Below the pieces are notes generated by a model. That model saw nothing but the letters and a program-made list of their open reading frames with translations. It made no database searches and was not told the DNA's origin. A stretch of DNA of 64,000 nucleotides from Octopus bimaculoides. Taxonomy: Eukaryota. Both the position numbers and the translations under genes were made by a program. Position 1 is the first letter of the stretch; each line of letters opens with the position of its first letter. Where the stretch lies: positions 61,861,399 through 61,925,398 of the forward strand of contig NC_068986.1 of assembly GCF_001194135.2 (NCBI RefSeq). The letters are read 5' to 3'. Positions 1-11,104 of the stretch are shown piece by piece.

Positions 1-450
1 TGGGAGAGAGGAAGAACAAAGTAAGAGTGAAAAGGTAGAAGGAAAGAATAGTCTTAAAGCAAGTTAATCTATGACTTTGTATGTATCACTTTCTCTCTCT
101 CTCCTTCTTTTACTCTTACTCTGTATATTATATGTTGAGCGCGTGATCGATGTGTAAGAACACTGGTACAGATGGAAGGGAAGAAATATAAAAGTTGCTA
201 GAAACAACAGCCAAATCTCCCTTAAATCACACAAAGTAAACGGAATTTAAAAAATCTAATTACTGCACTGGAAAGTTCACATCGAGAAAATTCCATTGAT
301 GTAAAAATTTGTAGAAAAAAGTGGAAAATGTGGATTTCTATAAACTTTTATAAAGGCTTCACACAGATACAGAACTCCAGCATTATATATTAAGATGGGC
401 AACACACCCACACACACTAAATAAAAAAAAATGACAGGTATTTGTATGTA

Positions 451-765
451 TCATCATTGTTTAACGTCCGCTTTCCATGCTAGCATGGGTTGGACGATTT
501 AACCGAGGACTGGTGAAATCAGATAGCTACACCAGGCTCTAATCTGATTTGGCAGTTTCTACAGCTGCATGCCCTTCCTAACGCCAACCACTCCGAGAGT
601 GTAGTGGGCGTTTTTTGTGCCACCGGCATGAAAGCCAGTCAGGCAGTACTGGCAATGGCCACACTCAAAATGGTGTATTTTATGAGCCACCCGCACAAAA
701 GCCAGTCCAGGGGCACTGGCAATGATCTCGCTCGAAAGTCCTTACACATGCCATGGGCACAAGTA
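451..765 (-). mobile_element. RTE-clade LINE 3' tail
   Basis: Reverse complement of the 3' UTR seen at 4450-4773, ending in ...GCATGGAAAGCGGACGTTAAAC(GAT)n. Confidence 0.85.
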
Positions 766-1273
766 TGTGTACTCTGTGTCTCTCTCTCCCTATATATANN
801 NNNNNNNNNNNNNNNNNNNNNNNNNNNNNNNNNNNNNNNNNNNNNNNNNNNNNNNNNNNNNNNNNNNNNNNNNNNNNNNNNNNNNNNNNNNNNNNNNNNN
901 NNNNNNNNNNNNNNNNNNNNNNNNNNNNNNNNNNNNNNNNNNNNNNNNNNNNNNNNNNNNNNNNNNNNNNNNNNNNNNNNNNNNNNNNNNNNNNNNNNNN
1001 NNNNNNNNNNNNNNNNNNNNNNNNNNNNNNNNNNNNNNNNNNNNNNNNNNNNNNNNNNNNNNNNNNNNNNNNNNNNNNNNNNNNNNNNNNNNNNNNNNNN
1101 NNNNNNNNNNNNNNNNNNNNNNNNNNNNNNNNNNNNNNNNNNNNNNNNNNNNNNNNNNNNNNNNNNNNNNNNNNNNNNNNNNNNNNNNNNNNNNNNNNNN
1201 NNNNNNNNNNNNNNNNNNNNNNNNNNNNNNNNNNNNNNNNNNNNNNNNNNNNNNNNNNNNNNNNNNNNNNNNN

Positions 1274-1948
1274 ATTAACACTGGCACGATTTTCACTACA
1301 GTGTTAGGGTTAGGGTTTTAGGGTCAGGATTAGGGTTAGGTAGGTAATCGTGCGGGTGTTAATCTCAAGATTTACGAAAAGATTTTCCAAAAAACTCACA
1401 ATTTGTAGGGAATAAATGTTTGTCGATCGTATTTGAAAACGATGTGTGGCTATTTTTGTTGTTGTTATCATGGTGAAGGACGGAGTTCAAAATAAGTTAC
1501 AATTCCCGCCAATTAGAATGAGGTATGTATATGAAAATGAAACCATTAAAGTGAAAGTATCTGTCATTACAGTATTGAAATGTGATTGTTTCAGTTTTGA
1601 TACTGAAATAGTTTTCTTTTACTGTCAGTGTTTCTCCTTCCTTTCTTTTTGTATTTGTTGTTGGATTGTTCGTAAAGGTTCATAAGAGAAAGGATTTGTA
1701 AAGGTAGTAGAAAGAGGAAATAAGATTTTATTAGGGGGGAAATGTTAATTTGTGTAGCTTTATGGATTTTATTCATAATTAGGAGTTATTTTGACTGAAA
1801 AAATGACACTGTGACCTAAGTTATGGTATTTAGAATATTAATTCCGATTCTTTAATGCAAGAAATTTGGAATTGTGTAAATGTATGAATTTTAAACATAG
1901 ACACACACACACACACACACAGAAAATCTGCCTTTTATAGATAAGATT
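1274..1948 (-). mobile_element. Non-autonomous Helitron-like repeat with (CA)n and TTAGGG-like loop
   Basis: Shares ~400 bp with 36730-37171. The minus strand begins ATCTTATCTATAAAAGG...(GT)n, resembling 5' ends of microsatellite-bearing non-autonomous Helitrons. It has an 18-bp inverted repeat at 1274-1291/1346-1363. The class call is tentative. Confidence 0.45.
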
Positions 1949-2169
1949 CACTCATCTGCAAAGGCACAATAGCTCTTTTTGTGTGTGGATAAACACACAG
2001 CAGGGAAGCTTAAAATTTTGAGTTTAAAACATTTCATCTCTGCAGTAGACAAACACCAACACATAGAAATATATAAAAGTCTGACTGTCATGCACTGAAC
2101 TCCTAATGAATATATCACAATGTACATTTGTTTAAATAATTAAAAACCGCTAGTCACATGGCATACATG

Positions 2170-4773
2170 AGTTTTATGTGAACTTGTCTGCTAGAAGAGA
2201 AGCTAGGAGACAGGTTTATTTAGCCAGAGGGGAAGCAAATAAGAAAAAGTTTGCCAATGTTCTGTGCCGTGAGGACCAAAGACTTGAAGTATTTCGTGTT
2301 GACAGTACCATGGTAGATAAAGCAATTAAGAGTATGAAGACAGTGAAAGCCTTCAGCCCATCAGGAATCACTGCAGAGATGCTCAAAATATCAGGTAGTG
2401 TCGGCTATAGCCTAGTCACCCGTATTGTTAACCAGGTGATACACGAAGGAGTCATACCCAATGACTGGTGTAGCAGCACCATAGTCAACTGTTACAAAGG
2501 TAAAGGTGACGCTTTAGAGACAAATAATTACAGAGGTATCAAGTTGTTAGATCAGGTAATGAAANNNNNNNNNNNNNNNNNNNNNNNNNNNNNNNNNNNN
2601 NNNNNNNNNNNNNNNNNNNNNNNNNNNNNNNNNNNNNNNNNNNNNNNNNNNNNNNNNNNNNNNNNNNNNNNNNNNNNNNNNNNNNNNNNNNNNNNNNNNN
2701 NNNNNNNNNNNNNNNNNNNNNNNNNNNNNNNNNNNNNNNNNNNNNNNNNNNNNNNNNNNNNNNNNNNNNNNNNNNNNNNNNNNNNNNNNNNNNNNNNNNN
2801 NNNNNNNNNNNNNNNNNNNNNNNNNNNNNNNNNNNNNNNNNNNNNNNNNNNNNNNNNNNNNNNNNNNNNNNNNNNNNNNNNNNNNNNNNNNNNNNNNNNN
2901 NNNNNNNNNNNNNNNNNNNNNNNNNNNNNNNNNNNNNNNNNNNNNNNNNNNNNNNNNNNNNNNNNNNNNNNNNNNNNNNNNNNNNNNNNNNNNNNNNNNN
3001 NNNNNNNNNNNNNNNNNNNNNNNNNNNNNNNNNNNNCAGAGACGCTGTCAGTAAGGTGAGGATTGGCAATGAGTACAGTGAAGAATTCCGAGTAGAGGTA
3101 GGGGTCCACCAAGGTTCTGTCCTCAGCCCCCTCCTATTTATCATAGTCCTCCAGGTGATAACAGAGGAATTCAAGACAGGATGCGCCTGGGAGCTCCTCT
3201 ATGCTGATGACCTTGCACTAATTGCTGAGTAACTATCAGAACTAGAGGAGAAGTTTCAGGTGTGGCAGCAGGAACTAGAATCGAAGGGCCTTAGAGTCAA
3301 CCTAGCTAAATCCAAAGTCCTAATAAGTAGGAAGGTAGACAAAACACAAACTCCGTCAGGTAGATGGCCCTGCTTGATCTGTATAAAAGGTGTAGGTAGA
3401 AACTCTATAAGATGTACCCAGTACAAGCTATGGACACATAAGAGGTGCAGCAATATCAAAAGCAGGTTAACTAGGAAGCCAGTTTTTGTATGTGGCAGAT
3501 GTTCAGGTGCAATAAACACTGTAAACAAACAGGAAACAACTTCTGTCTCGTTCCAGGGAGAAAAACTAGACGTAGTTGATAGCTTCCGATATCTGGGTGA
3601 CAAAATTAGCAATGGGGGAGGGTGCACTGAAAGTGTAGCTGCTAGAATAAGAATGGCCTGGGCAAAGTTCAGAGAGCTCTTACCTCTGCTGGCAACAAAG
3701 GGCCTCTCATTCAGAGTAAAAGGCAGACTGTATGACGCATGTGTACGAACAGCCATGCTACATGGCAGTGAAACATGGGCCATGACTGCTGAGGACATGC
3801 GTAAGCATGCAAGGAATGAAGCCAGTATGCTCCGATGGATCAGTAATGTCAGTGTGCATACTAGACAGAGTGTAAGCATCTTGACAGAAAAGTTGAACCT
3901 AAGAAGCATCAGTTGTGGTGTGCAAGAGAGACGATTGCGCTGGTATGGACATGTGGCGAGAATGGATGAGGAAAGCTGTGTGAAAAAGTGCCACACCCTA
4001 GCAGTTGAGGAAACCTGTGGAAGAGGTAGGCCCAGGAAGACCTGGGATGAGGTGGTGAGGCATGACCTTCAAACATTGGGCCTCACCAAGGCAATGACTT
4101 CTGACCGAGACCTTTGGAAATATGCTGTGCGTGAGAAGACCCGGCAAGCCAAGTGAGACCTAAATCCAAGGCCTCTGCCAGGGATGTAGCCAGCCCACTT
4201 ATGCATAACATTCCTTCGTTGGACACTAAACTCNNNNNNNNNNNNNNNNNNNNNNNNNNNNNNNNNNNNNNNNNNNNNNNNNNNNNNNNNNNNNNNNNNN
4301 NNNNNNNNNNNNNNNNNNNNNNNNNNNNNNNNNNNNNNNNNNNNNNNNNNNNNNNNNNNNNNNNNNNNNNNNNNNNNNNNNNNNNNNNNNNNNNNNNNNN
4401 NNNNNNNNNNNNNNNNNNNNNNNNNNNNNNNNNNGTGGCATGTAAATAGCACCATTTGAGCGTGATTGTTACCAACGTCGCCTTCCTAGCACTTGTGCCA
4501 GTGGCACGTGAAAAGACATTCGAGCGAGTTCGTTGCCAGTACCACTGGACTGGCTCCTGTGCTGGTGGCACGTAAAATACACCATTTCGAGCGTGGCCAT
4601 TGCCAGTACCGCCTGACTCTCGGAGTGGTTGGCGTTAGGAAGGGCATCCAGCTGTAGAAACTCTGCCAGATCAGATTGGAGTCTGGTGTAGCCATCTGGT
4701 TCACCAGTCCTCAGTCTAATCGTCCAACCCATGCTAGCATGGAAAGCGGACGTTAAACGATGATGATGATGAT
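2170..4773 (+). mobile_element. RTE-clade LINE, 5'-truncated, young (RT C-terminal half plus 3' UTR)
   Basis: PSGITAEMLK, IPNDWCSSTIVNCYKGKGDA, GVHQGSVLSPLLF, LYADDL, FRYLG, MLHGSETW, RRLRWYGHVARM, GRGRPRKTW. Stop at 4156 and (GAT)n tail at 4757-4773. An in-frame stop lies near 3230 and there are two gaps. Confidence 0.92.
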
Positions 4774-4789
4774 GGGGACACAATTGATT

Positions 4790-7700
4790 CCATCATTTGG
4801 GTTGTTTACTGATTATTTTCTTGGATATTTGAATTGAAGGCGAGCGTTTTGTTGTTGAAAATTATTGAAATACCTTATATATTTGTGGAAAAAACTGTAT
4901 TGCTTTTAAAAAGCAACCTGTTGTGAATTCCCCTGCGAGGGGGAATTACTATTGAACTGTTACCTGCGGCTGAAAAGCCAATTTTTGTGGGGCGTAAGCC
5001 CAAAAGTTGCGTTGTTCGTGTTGTTTTGTGAATGACTCAATGGAGTCAGAAATATCTAGTTCATTGTCATGTGAGTCACCTGTGACTACCGAAAAGAAAA
5101 CTTCAATGGCGGTATCGCCAGTAAAAATCAGTTTTGCAGCGGCAGCTGGGGAGAAAAAAAGAGATTTTGACATTGATAAAACAAAACTGATAAAATACAG
5201 AGAGATGTTGAAAAAGTAGGGGACAGAGGTTAAGGTGGACCCTCCAACCAAATTAACTGAAGATACAAATAAGAAAACAATCATTTATAAATCATACTGT
5301 ATGAAAAATAGAAGAATTGATAAAGTTTCAGTAGAAGCCGTGGAAAAATGTCTAAAAGAAATTTGGCCAGATATAACATATATAACAAGAGCAAGAAAAT
5401 TTGCAGCAATTGAGGCAAGATTTCTAACAGAAGAAAAAGTGAGGCACTATTCAACAGGAATGCTCAAAACAGAAGAAATAATTCTTTTCCCCACATACAT
5501 GGAGAGAAGAACATCAAAAATCAAAATAACAAATATCCTGCCGAAAGTTGAAGCTGCTGGGTTGGTGGCAGCCACAACTCTGGATGTGGAAGAAGAAATA
5601 ACAATACTGCAGGCAACAGTAACAGAAAAACAAAACTGGCAGGGGCAAAACCTGATTATCTTAATACAAGCAGAGTAATTCATGTAAGAGAAACCAAATT
5701 GGTGGTTGCAGTAGAGGGAAGAAAGCCAAGATGTTTCAAGTGTGGCAAGAAAGGCCACATAAGGGCAGAATGCGATCCTCCTCGAGAAGAAACAGATACA
5801 GAAGAGGAGGAAATAGCAACAGAAGTACCATCAACAGTAGAAACAACACAGGAAGAAAACGGCAGCAGTAAGGAAGAGAATAGGGTGGTTTGGACAACCG
5901 TAATGAGGAAACGTACTCAAACCTCCTTGTCAAATCCTACTAATAACAGGACAATTAAAAAGGCCAAAAAGCCAACAGCAGTTAAAGAGAGAAGAAATAA
6001 CAGCGATAATATAATGGCCGTGAAGTCATCAAACAATAGACTTGGAAACATATTGGAAAATATCCAAAAGGCCAAGCGGATGACAGAATATAAAACTAAA
6101 GACTTTTGGATTTATAGAATAGATAGAAAAAATTATAACAAAATTATTCAAAGGCCTAAAACATCAGTCCTGGCAAGCCTGCATCAAGGAAAAAGAGGTG
6201 GATGAGAATCCACCTCTCACCACTTAGTAAGGTAGGTCGTTTGAGTATTCATGTTGGTTGTTTGAATGTGTGTGGCCTGATGTCGAGCTGGAAGCAAGGG
6301 CGTTTCCTAAATGACATCAGGTTGCATGATTTAGATGTTACTGTTGCTACTGAAACCCGATTGAAGGGGCCGAGAGACCTGCTTCCTCTCCTGGATGGCT
6401 ACGAGAAATTAATTTCTCCAGAATGTCTTATGGCAGGAGATGCGGTGTTGGTCCTGATAAAAGGAAACCGGGTTTCAGAGAAAAAGTTAATTTTTTCTGA
6501 CCCGAAAGGTAGGCTGGTCGTCGTGGAATTGACATTCAGTTGTGTTAAGACTATCAGACTGGCTACAATTTATGCATCCAATTCAGCAGGGCAAAGTGAG
6601 TATTTTTGTGACCTGCAAAAATTTCTGGGTACGTTGCATTCACTAGAGTTGCTTGGAGACTATAACACAATCTGCGATGCATGCATGGATTATGTTGGCT
6701 CGTACACTGATAGGAAAGGTAACTCTTGCCTCCAGGATCTGCTAAGTTGTTTTCAGCTAGCAGATCCATATAGACTGGAATTTCCGAACGCTCCATTGTG
6801 GACCTGGTCAAGCAGCAACGGATCTTCAAGGTCATATTTAGATAGGATATTGATTAGAAAAACAGATAGAAATATAGTTAAGTGTCCACAGTTCCACCTA
6901 GCCAGCTACAGTGATCACAAGATGGTCACTTGTAAGTTTGACGCCCTCAAACGAGCCATTAAATATGAGTCGATTAGATATAGCATAGGTTTAGCGGCTA
7001 GAGAGACTAGGAGGGAATTAGCCCTAGTTAAGGATCTAGAGGAGACAATAAGGACTGGCTCTGCATCCCAGGTGAAAGATAAGAGACTGGAATTAAACCA
7101 GCACCTCAAAGCCAAACACACAGAGTGCATTGTCAGAGCTTGACTTTGTGCAGTGGGTTGTGAGGGAATGAAGGCCACTGGATGGGCCTGAGTGGTGAAA
7201 GCCCAATGTGGTAATGATGCTGCAATTCGATCTTTGGTGAACCAACAAGGTAAGTTGACAATCAAGCCTGAGGAGATGTGCAAGGCCTTTCAGGAGCACC
7301 TCTCCTAGCTTTTTGAAGGAAGCGATGGACCGGAGAGTAGGAGGGACCTAACGGCCTTCCTTGCCGGGATGCGGAGTGCTGTGTGGGGCTGATCATACCT
7401 GAGGAAGTGGTGGTGGACTGTGGTGTGGGTAAAGCGCCAGAACTAGATGGTTTACCCTACGAGTTATATAAGAGTATGCCAGACTTGTTCGGGCAACTAC
7501 TGGCTGGTGTCTTCACGAACTGGCAGCAGAATGGGTTTATTCTCAGAACTGTGCGCTGGGGAGTGGTGACGTTACTCAGAAAGGACCCGGACAAGGGGGA
7601 TTCAGTTGATAATTTTAGGCCATCACTCTGCTAAACACAGAGCTGAAGATTTTGGCCAAGGTGTTAGTGACAATGTTGGCGTGTGTCGGGGATGGTTTGG

Positions 7701-9522
7701 TCAGAGAGGCACAAACTTGTGCCGTCCCTGGCAGAACCATTCAGGATAATCTCCACCTTCTGCACTACACCTTAGAGGGATTTAATAGTTAACCTGGCAA
7801 AGGTGGGGCATTAGTCCATTTGGATCAAGCAAAAGCATTCGATAGGGTTGACCATCATTACCTGGTGTCGGTTCTCGTGCAGTTCAACCTGGACCTTGCT
7901 TTCCTTAGGTGGATCATATCAATTTATGACAACATCGACTTGATTGTTCGGGTGAATGGTTTTTTGTCAAAGCTGTTCCGTATCAAACACTTGGTTTGCC
8001 AAGGGTGTCCACTCTCCCTGCTTTTGTATGTGATGGCTCTTGAGCCATTGCTGCGAAAGTTGAGTGGCATCCCAAGGGAGCCATGTTGTGGAAAGTCGGT
8101 TTCAGCATATGCAAACATCACCATCATTGTAACCGAGATGGAATACCTACAGAAGGTAGGCAAGGCCATGAAGGAGTACGAGATGATGACAGGAGCAAAG
8201 ATTAATCGTGAAAAGTCGGTCGGCTTGCAGCTCGGCACCTGGAGAGGCAAGTCAATGCCGCCTGACAGCATCGTGGGACGTTGGGTCCGATTAAGTTGTT
8301 AGGGGTCTGGACTTCCAAATAGAGAAGAACTGGGCTGAGGTATCGAGCAAGGTGACCCACATAGTCAAGACCTCATCTTGGCAGTGGTTATCCTTGAAAG
8401 GGAGGGTGGAAGTAGCCAATGTGTTTATCGCATTGGTCATCATTTACCGCTTAACCGACGTTCGTTGCCCTGATTCGTGGTTTTTCAAGCTGGAAAGACA
8501 GCTCTTCTGCTTCCTGTGGAAGAACTTGAAACTGCTTGTGAAACGCTCTATTTGTTTCCAGGAACCGTTAAAGGGTGGACTAGGGATGCCTTGACTGTTG
8601 ATGCGCAGACATATGCTGAGGTTGAGGCATTTGTGGTCTCCGCTTACAAAACAGGTGTTTCCCAGGTTCACTAGTTTCGGTGGACAGGAAACCTAGTTCT
8701 ATCATAGATTGAAGTTGGGTACATTGTTTACGGAGTGCCATAAGGCTCTCCTGCTATTCCGTCACTCAGATAATGCCAGCAGTGGGGGTTCAACCGCATC
8801 TTTCTATAGAGGGATGGTAGAGTCAGAATGTGACAATACCTTAGGGGAAGCCCTAGGTCTTGATGATAATCAGCTGGCCAATCTATTCCAACATACATTC
8901 GGGTCGAAGACCCTGGATAATGTTCAGAAGTCTCTGGCTTGGCAGTGTTACAAGACACGGTTGCCCCGGCACATCAACCTGTCCAAGATGCGGGCAGGAT
9001 AAGGAAACTTTCCTGCATGTTATTGTTCAGTGTTTGGAGGTGTTGAACATGTGGGTTTGTGCTGAACAACTGTTGTTGAGTACAGGAAGAGCACAGCTGT
9101 CATCTGAGTCAATTATAAAAATTGACCCATCTGTTTCCTTATCGAAAGAAGTAAGAATTATTTTCTTGCAGTAGTAGCAATTGTGAAAGAGGTGATTTGG
9201 AAGACTAGAATGAAAGGACTGAAGACAGGTATCTGCATCTCTGGCTCCGCACTTGTGAATTTCTTTCGGTTTCACTTGAAAATAGAGCTAGAGAAAAGAT
9301 ACCTGTCGGCGAATATGTTCAATAGTCGATGGAAGAATGTTGTACGGATGTTGCATATGAAAGTAACAACATAAATATGACAAATAACTTACATCAGGTA
9401 TCAGTGGCGAAACGGGGCTTGTGGGGTCAAAGCTGAACCTGTCTCCCCACTCCATCTGTCTTGTCTTACAGTATTGTTATATCATTTGAGTTATATTTGT
9501 TGAAATTTAAAAATTTTTTAAA
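4790..9522 (+). mobile_element. Tx1/L1-clade LINE, near full length, degenerate (ORF1 with CCHC knuckle; ORF2 APE endonuclease plus RT)
   Basis: ORF1 knuckle CFKCGKKGHIRAEC (~5730). Endonuclease motifs CLNVCG, ETRL, IYA.N, LGDYN, SRSYLDRILI, SDHKMV (6202-7143). RT motifs NFRP, LDQAKAFDRVDH, QGCPLS.LL, GGLGMP. A Cys-rich C-terminus (CPRC...H). Many frameshifts; A-rich 3' end. Confidence 0.88.
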
Positions 9523-10271
9523 AAGCTCTCCGGCTTGCCAGCTCTTGTCAAACTGTCCAACTCATGGTAGCGTAGAAAATGGATATTAAATGATGATAAT
9601 TACACACACATACACACATTTACAAACATATGTATAAATGTAGATGTTAATATAAACATTACAAAATGACACTTAGTAGATCTGGACTTTCTCAAATTTT
9701 TGATTGAAAATATTTATACACATCATTAAGGTATTTGTTTTCTTCAATCCCATAGCATTCATTGACAAACAAGGCAAATTTCATTGAAGTGTAAGCTGTT
9801 TGTATTGGAACTGCTGACAGATGTGAATGGATGCATGTGCATGCATGAATGCACATATGTCTGTTCCAATCACTGTCTGACACTAGGTATCTGAAATTTT
9901 ACACAGTCACATCTTCAAGGATTAAATCATAGACTGACATTTTCTGATACTTTCTATAAACCTGGGCAATGCCAGTTCAATGTTAGTTAGAAATGTTTAG
10001 CATAAATTTTTTCCCCTTTTATTCATGTCTATATAACTTCAAGATAAATGGTGCAGGGGAATACACAGGAATGTTAAGAAATTAAATCCATGCTAAAAGC
10101 ACCCAAGAAATTAGATTTCTCAATTACCTAACTCAATAAAAATAGTTGGTGGATTCTGTTATTTAGGTCAGTGTTTACCAACATGGTGCTATATACAGTT
10201 CTATATTTAAGAGATGAGGAATTATGTACATTATTTACAATTGATGGATATTTGTCCTCATCTTGTTTGTT

Positions 10272-10317
10272 AACACAATGTTTTGGCTGATATACCCTCC
10301 AGCCTTCATCAGGTGTC
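10272..10317 (-). ncRNA. Minimal type-I hammerhead ribozyme motif (degenerate copy, minus strand)
   Basis: Reverse complement reads gacac-CTGATGA-a-ggctgg(agggtata)tcagcc-AAAA-cattgtgtt. It carries two CpG-type G>A changes relative to the inferred consensus GAAACGTTGTGTT. Confidence 0.65.
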
Positions 10318-10380
10318 TTGGGGAAATTTCAAACCTGGGTTCTCATTCCTAAGGTATTTTTCGATGATGTTATTATTATT

Positions 10381-10442
10381 AGTGGTTAAGAGCACAGGCT
10401 ACTAACCCCAAGATTCTGAGTTCGATTCCAGGCAGTGACCTG
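10381..10442 (+). repeat. tRNA-derived SINE head fragment (Pol III A and B boxes)
   Basis: AGTGGTTAAGAGC (A-box/D-arm-like), an anticodon-arm-like ctACTaa, and GAGTTCGATTCC (B-box/T-arm). The 5' end is truncated and there is no CCA or acceptor stem, so it is not a functional tRNA. Confidence 0.7.
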
Positions 10443-10453
10443 AATTTCCCCAA

Positions 10454-10500
10454 GACACCTGATGAAGGCTGGAGGGTCTATCAGTCGAAACGTGTTAACA
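10454..10500 (+). ncRNA. Minimal type-I hammerhead ribozyme motif (degenerate copy, plus strand)
   Basis: gacac-CTGATGA-a-ggctgg(agggtcta)tcagtc-GAAA-cgtgtt. A short deletion removes the GUU cleavage triplet relative to the other arm. Confidence 0.65.
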
Positions 10501-11104
10501 AACAAGACGAGGACAAATATCCGTCAATTGTAAATAATGTATGGTGCTATATGGCAACAAGGGGGCTGTGGAAAAGTTCAGTGGGGCCACAGAATAATTT
10601 GGGGATTGAAGGAAGGGTGACAATTTCTTAGGGTAATGCCAGTGTTGAAATGTTTCTGAATGGTAATAGTTTGAAGAAATCCTAGCTGCATAATGTGACA
10701 AAGAATATGATACATATTTTTGAGAAGCTAAGGTAAAAATACAGCAAAGAGGTTTCTAGTGTTTTCCTTAGAAAACTAAATCCATTTGGGATATATATTG
10801 AGTGTTGATATTTTTTCCAACCCTTGAGGAGCTGCACAATGTAATGGAAATTAAGTTCAAAGATCTGGAATGAAAACTTTGAATTGGGTGGTTAACTCAT
10901 TTGGGACAAATGCAACTGATGTTAATATTAGAACATAAGAAAACTTTTGAGTTACACAATAATCGAACTGCTCAAGCTAAATTTAATCATGGAATCACTA
11001 AGTTATAGACAAACAGTGAAACTGCTGTGAAATTCTCATTGCTTTGGCAAGAAGTAAAAATATATTTCACTGCCTTTCCTACTTAAGTCAGGTTTTAGCA
11101 TTTT

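Larger units (their letters stand above)
10195..10540. mobile_element. Palindromic ribozyme-bearing retroelement insertion (tRNA-like head plus hammerhead motifs) with 12-bp TSD
   Basis: Arms 10227-10328 and 10443-10541 are ~100-bp inverted repeats. The direct repeat ATGGTGCTATAT lies at 10183-10194 and 10541-10552. The centre holds (ATT)n and a tRNA-like segment. Confidence 0.8.

Noticed and set aside
604-1321. Long ORFs containing X runs (also at 2178-3174, 4069-4571, 37065-37679, 39395-39844, 43612-44816, 56549-57069)
   Set aside because: They are artefacts of reading through N gaps, which contain no stop codons.
1306-1345. True telomere or interstitial telomeric array
   Set aside because: Only a few degenerate units, and they are part of a dispersed repeat present twice in the window.
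9692-9883. Small minus-strand ORFs as candidate downstream RSBN1 exons (also 20908-21153)
   Set aside because: No similarity to the expected RSBN1 C-terminal motifs, and the composition is intron-like.
10381-10442. Functional tRNA gene
   Set aside because: The 5' acceptor strand is missing, the arms are mispaired and it is embedded in a TSD-flanked repeat. Treated as a SINE head.
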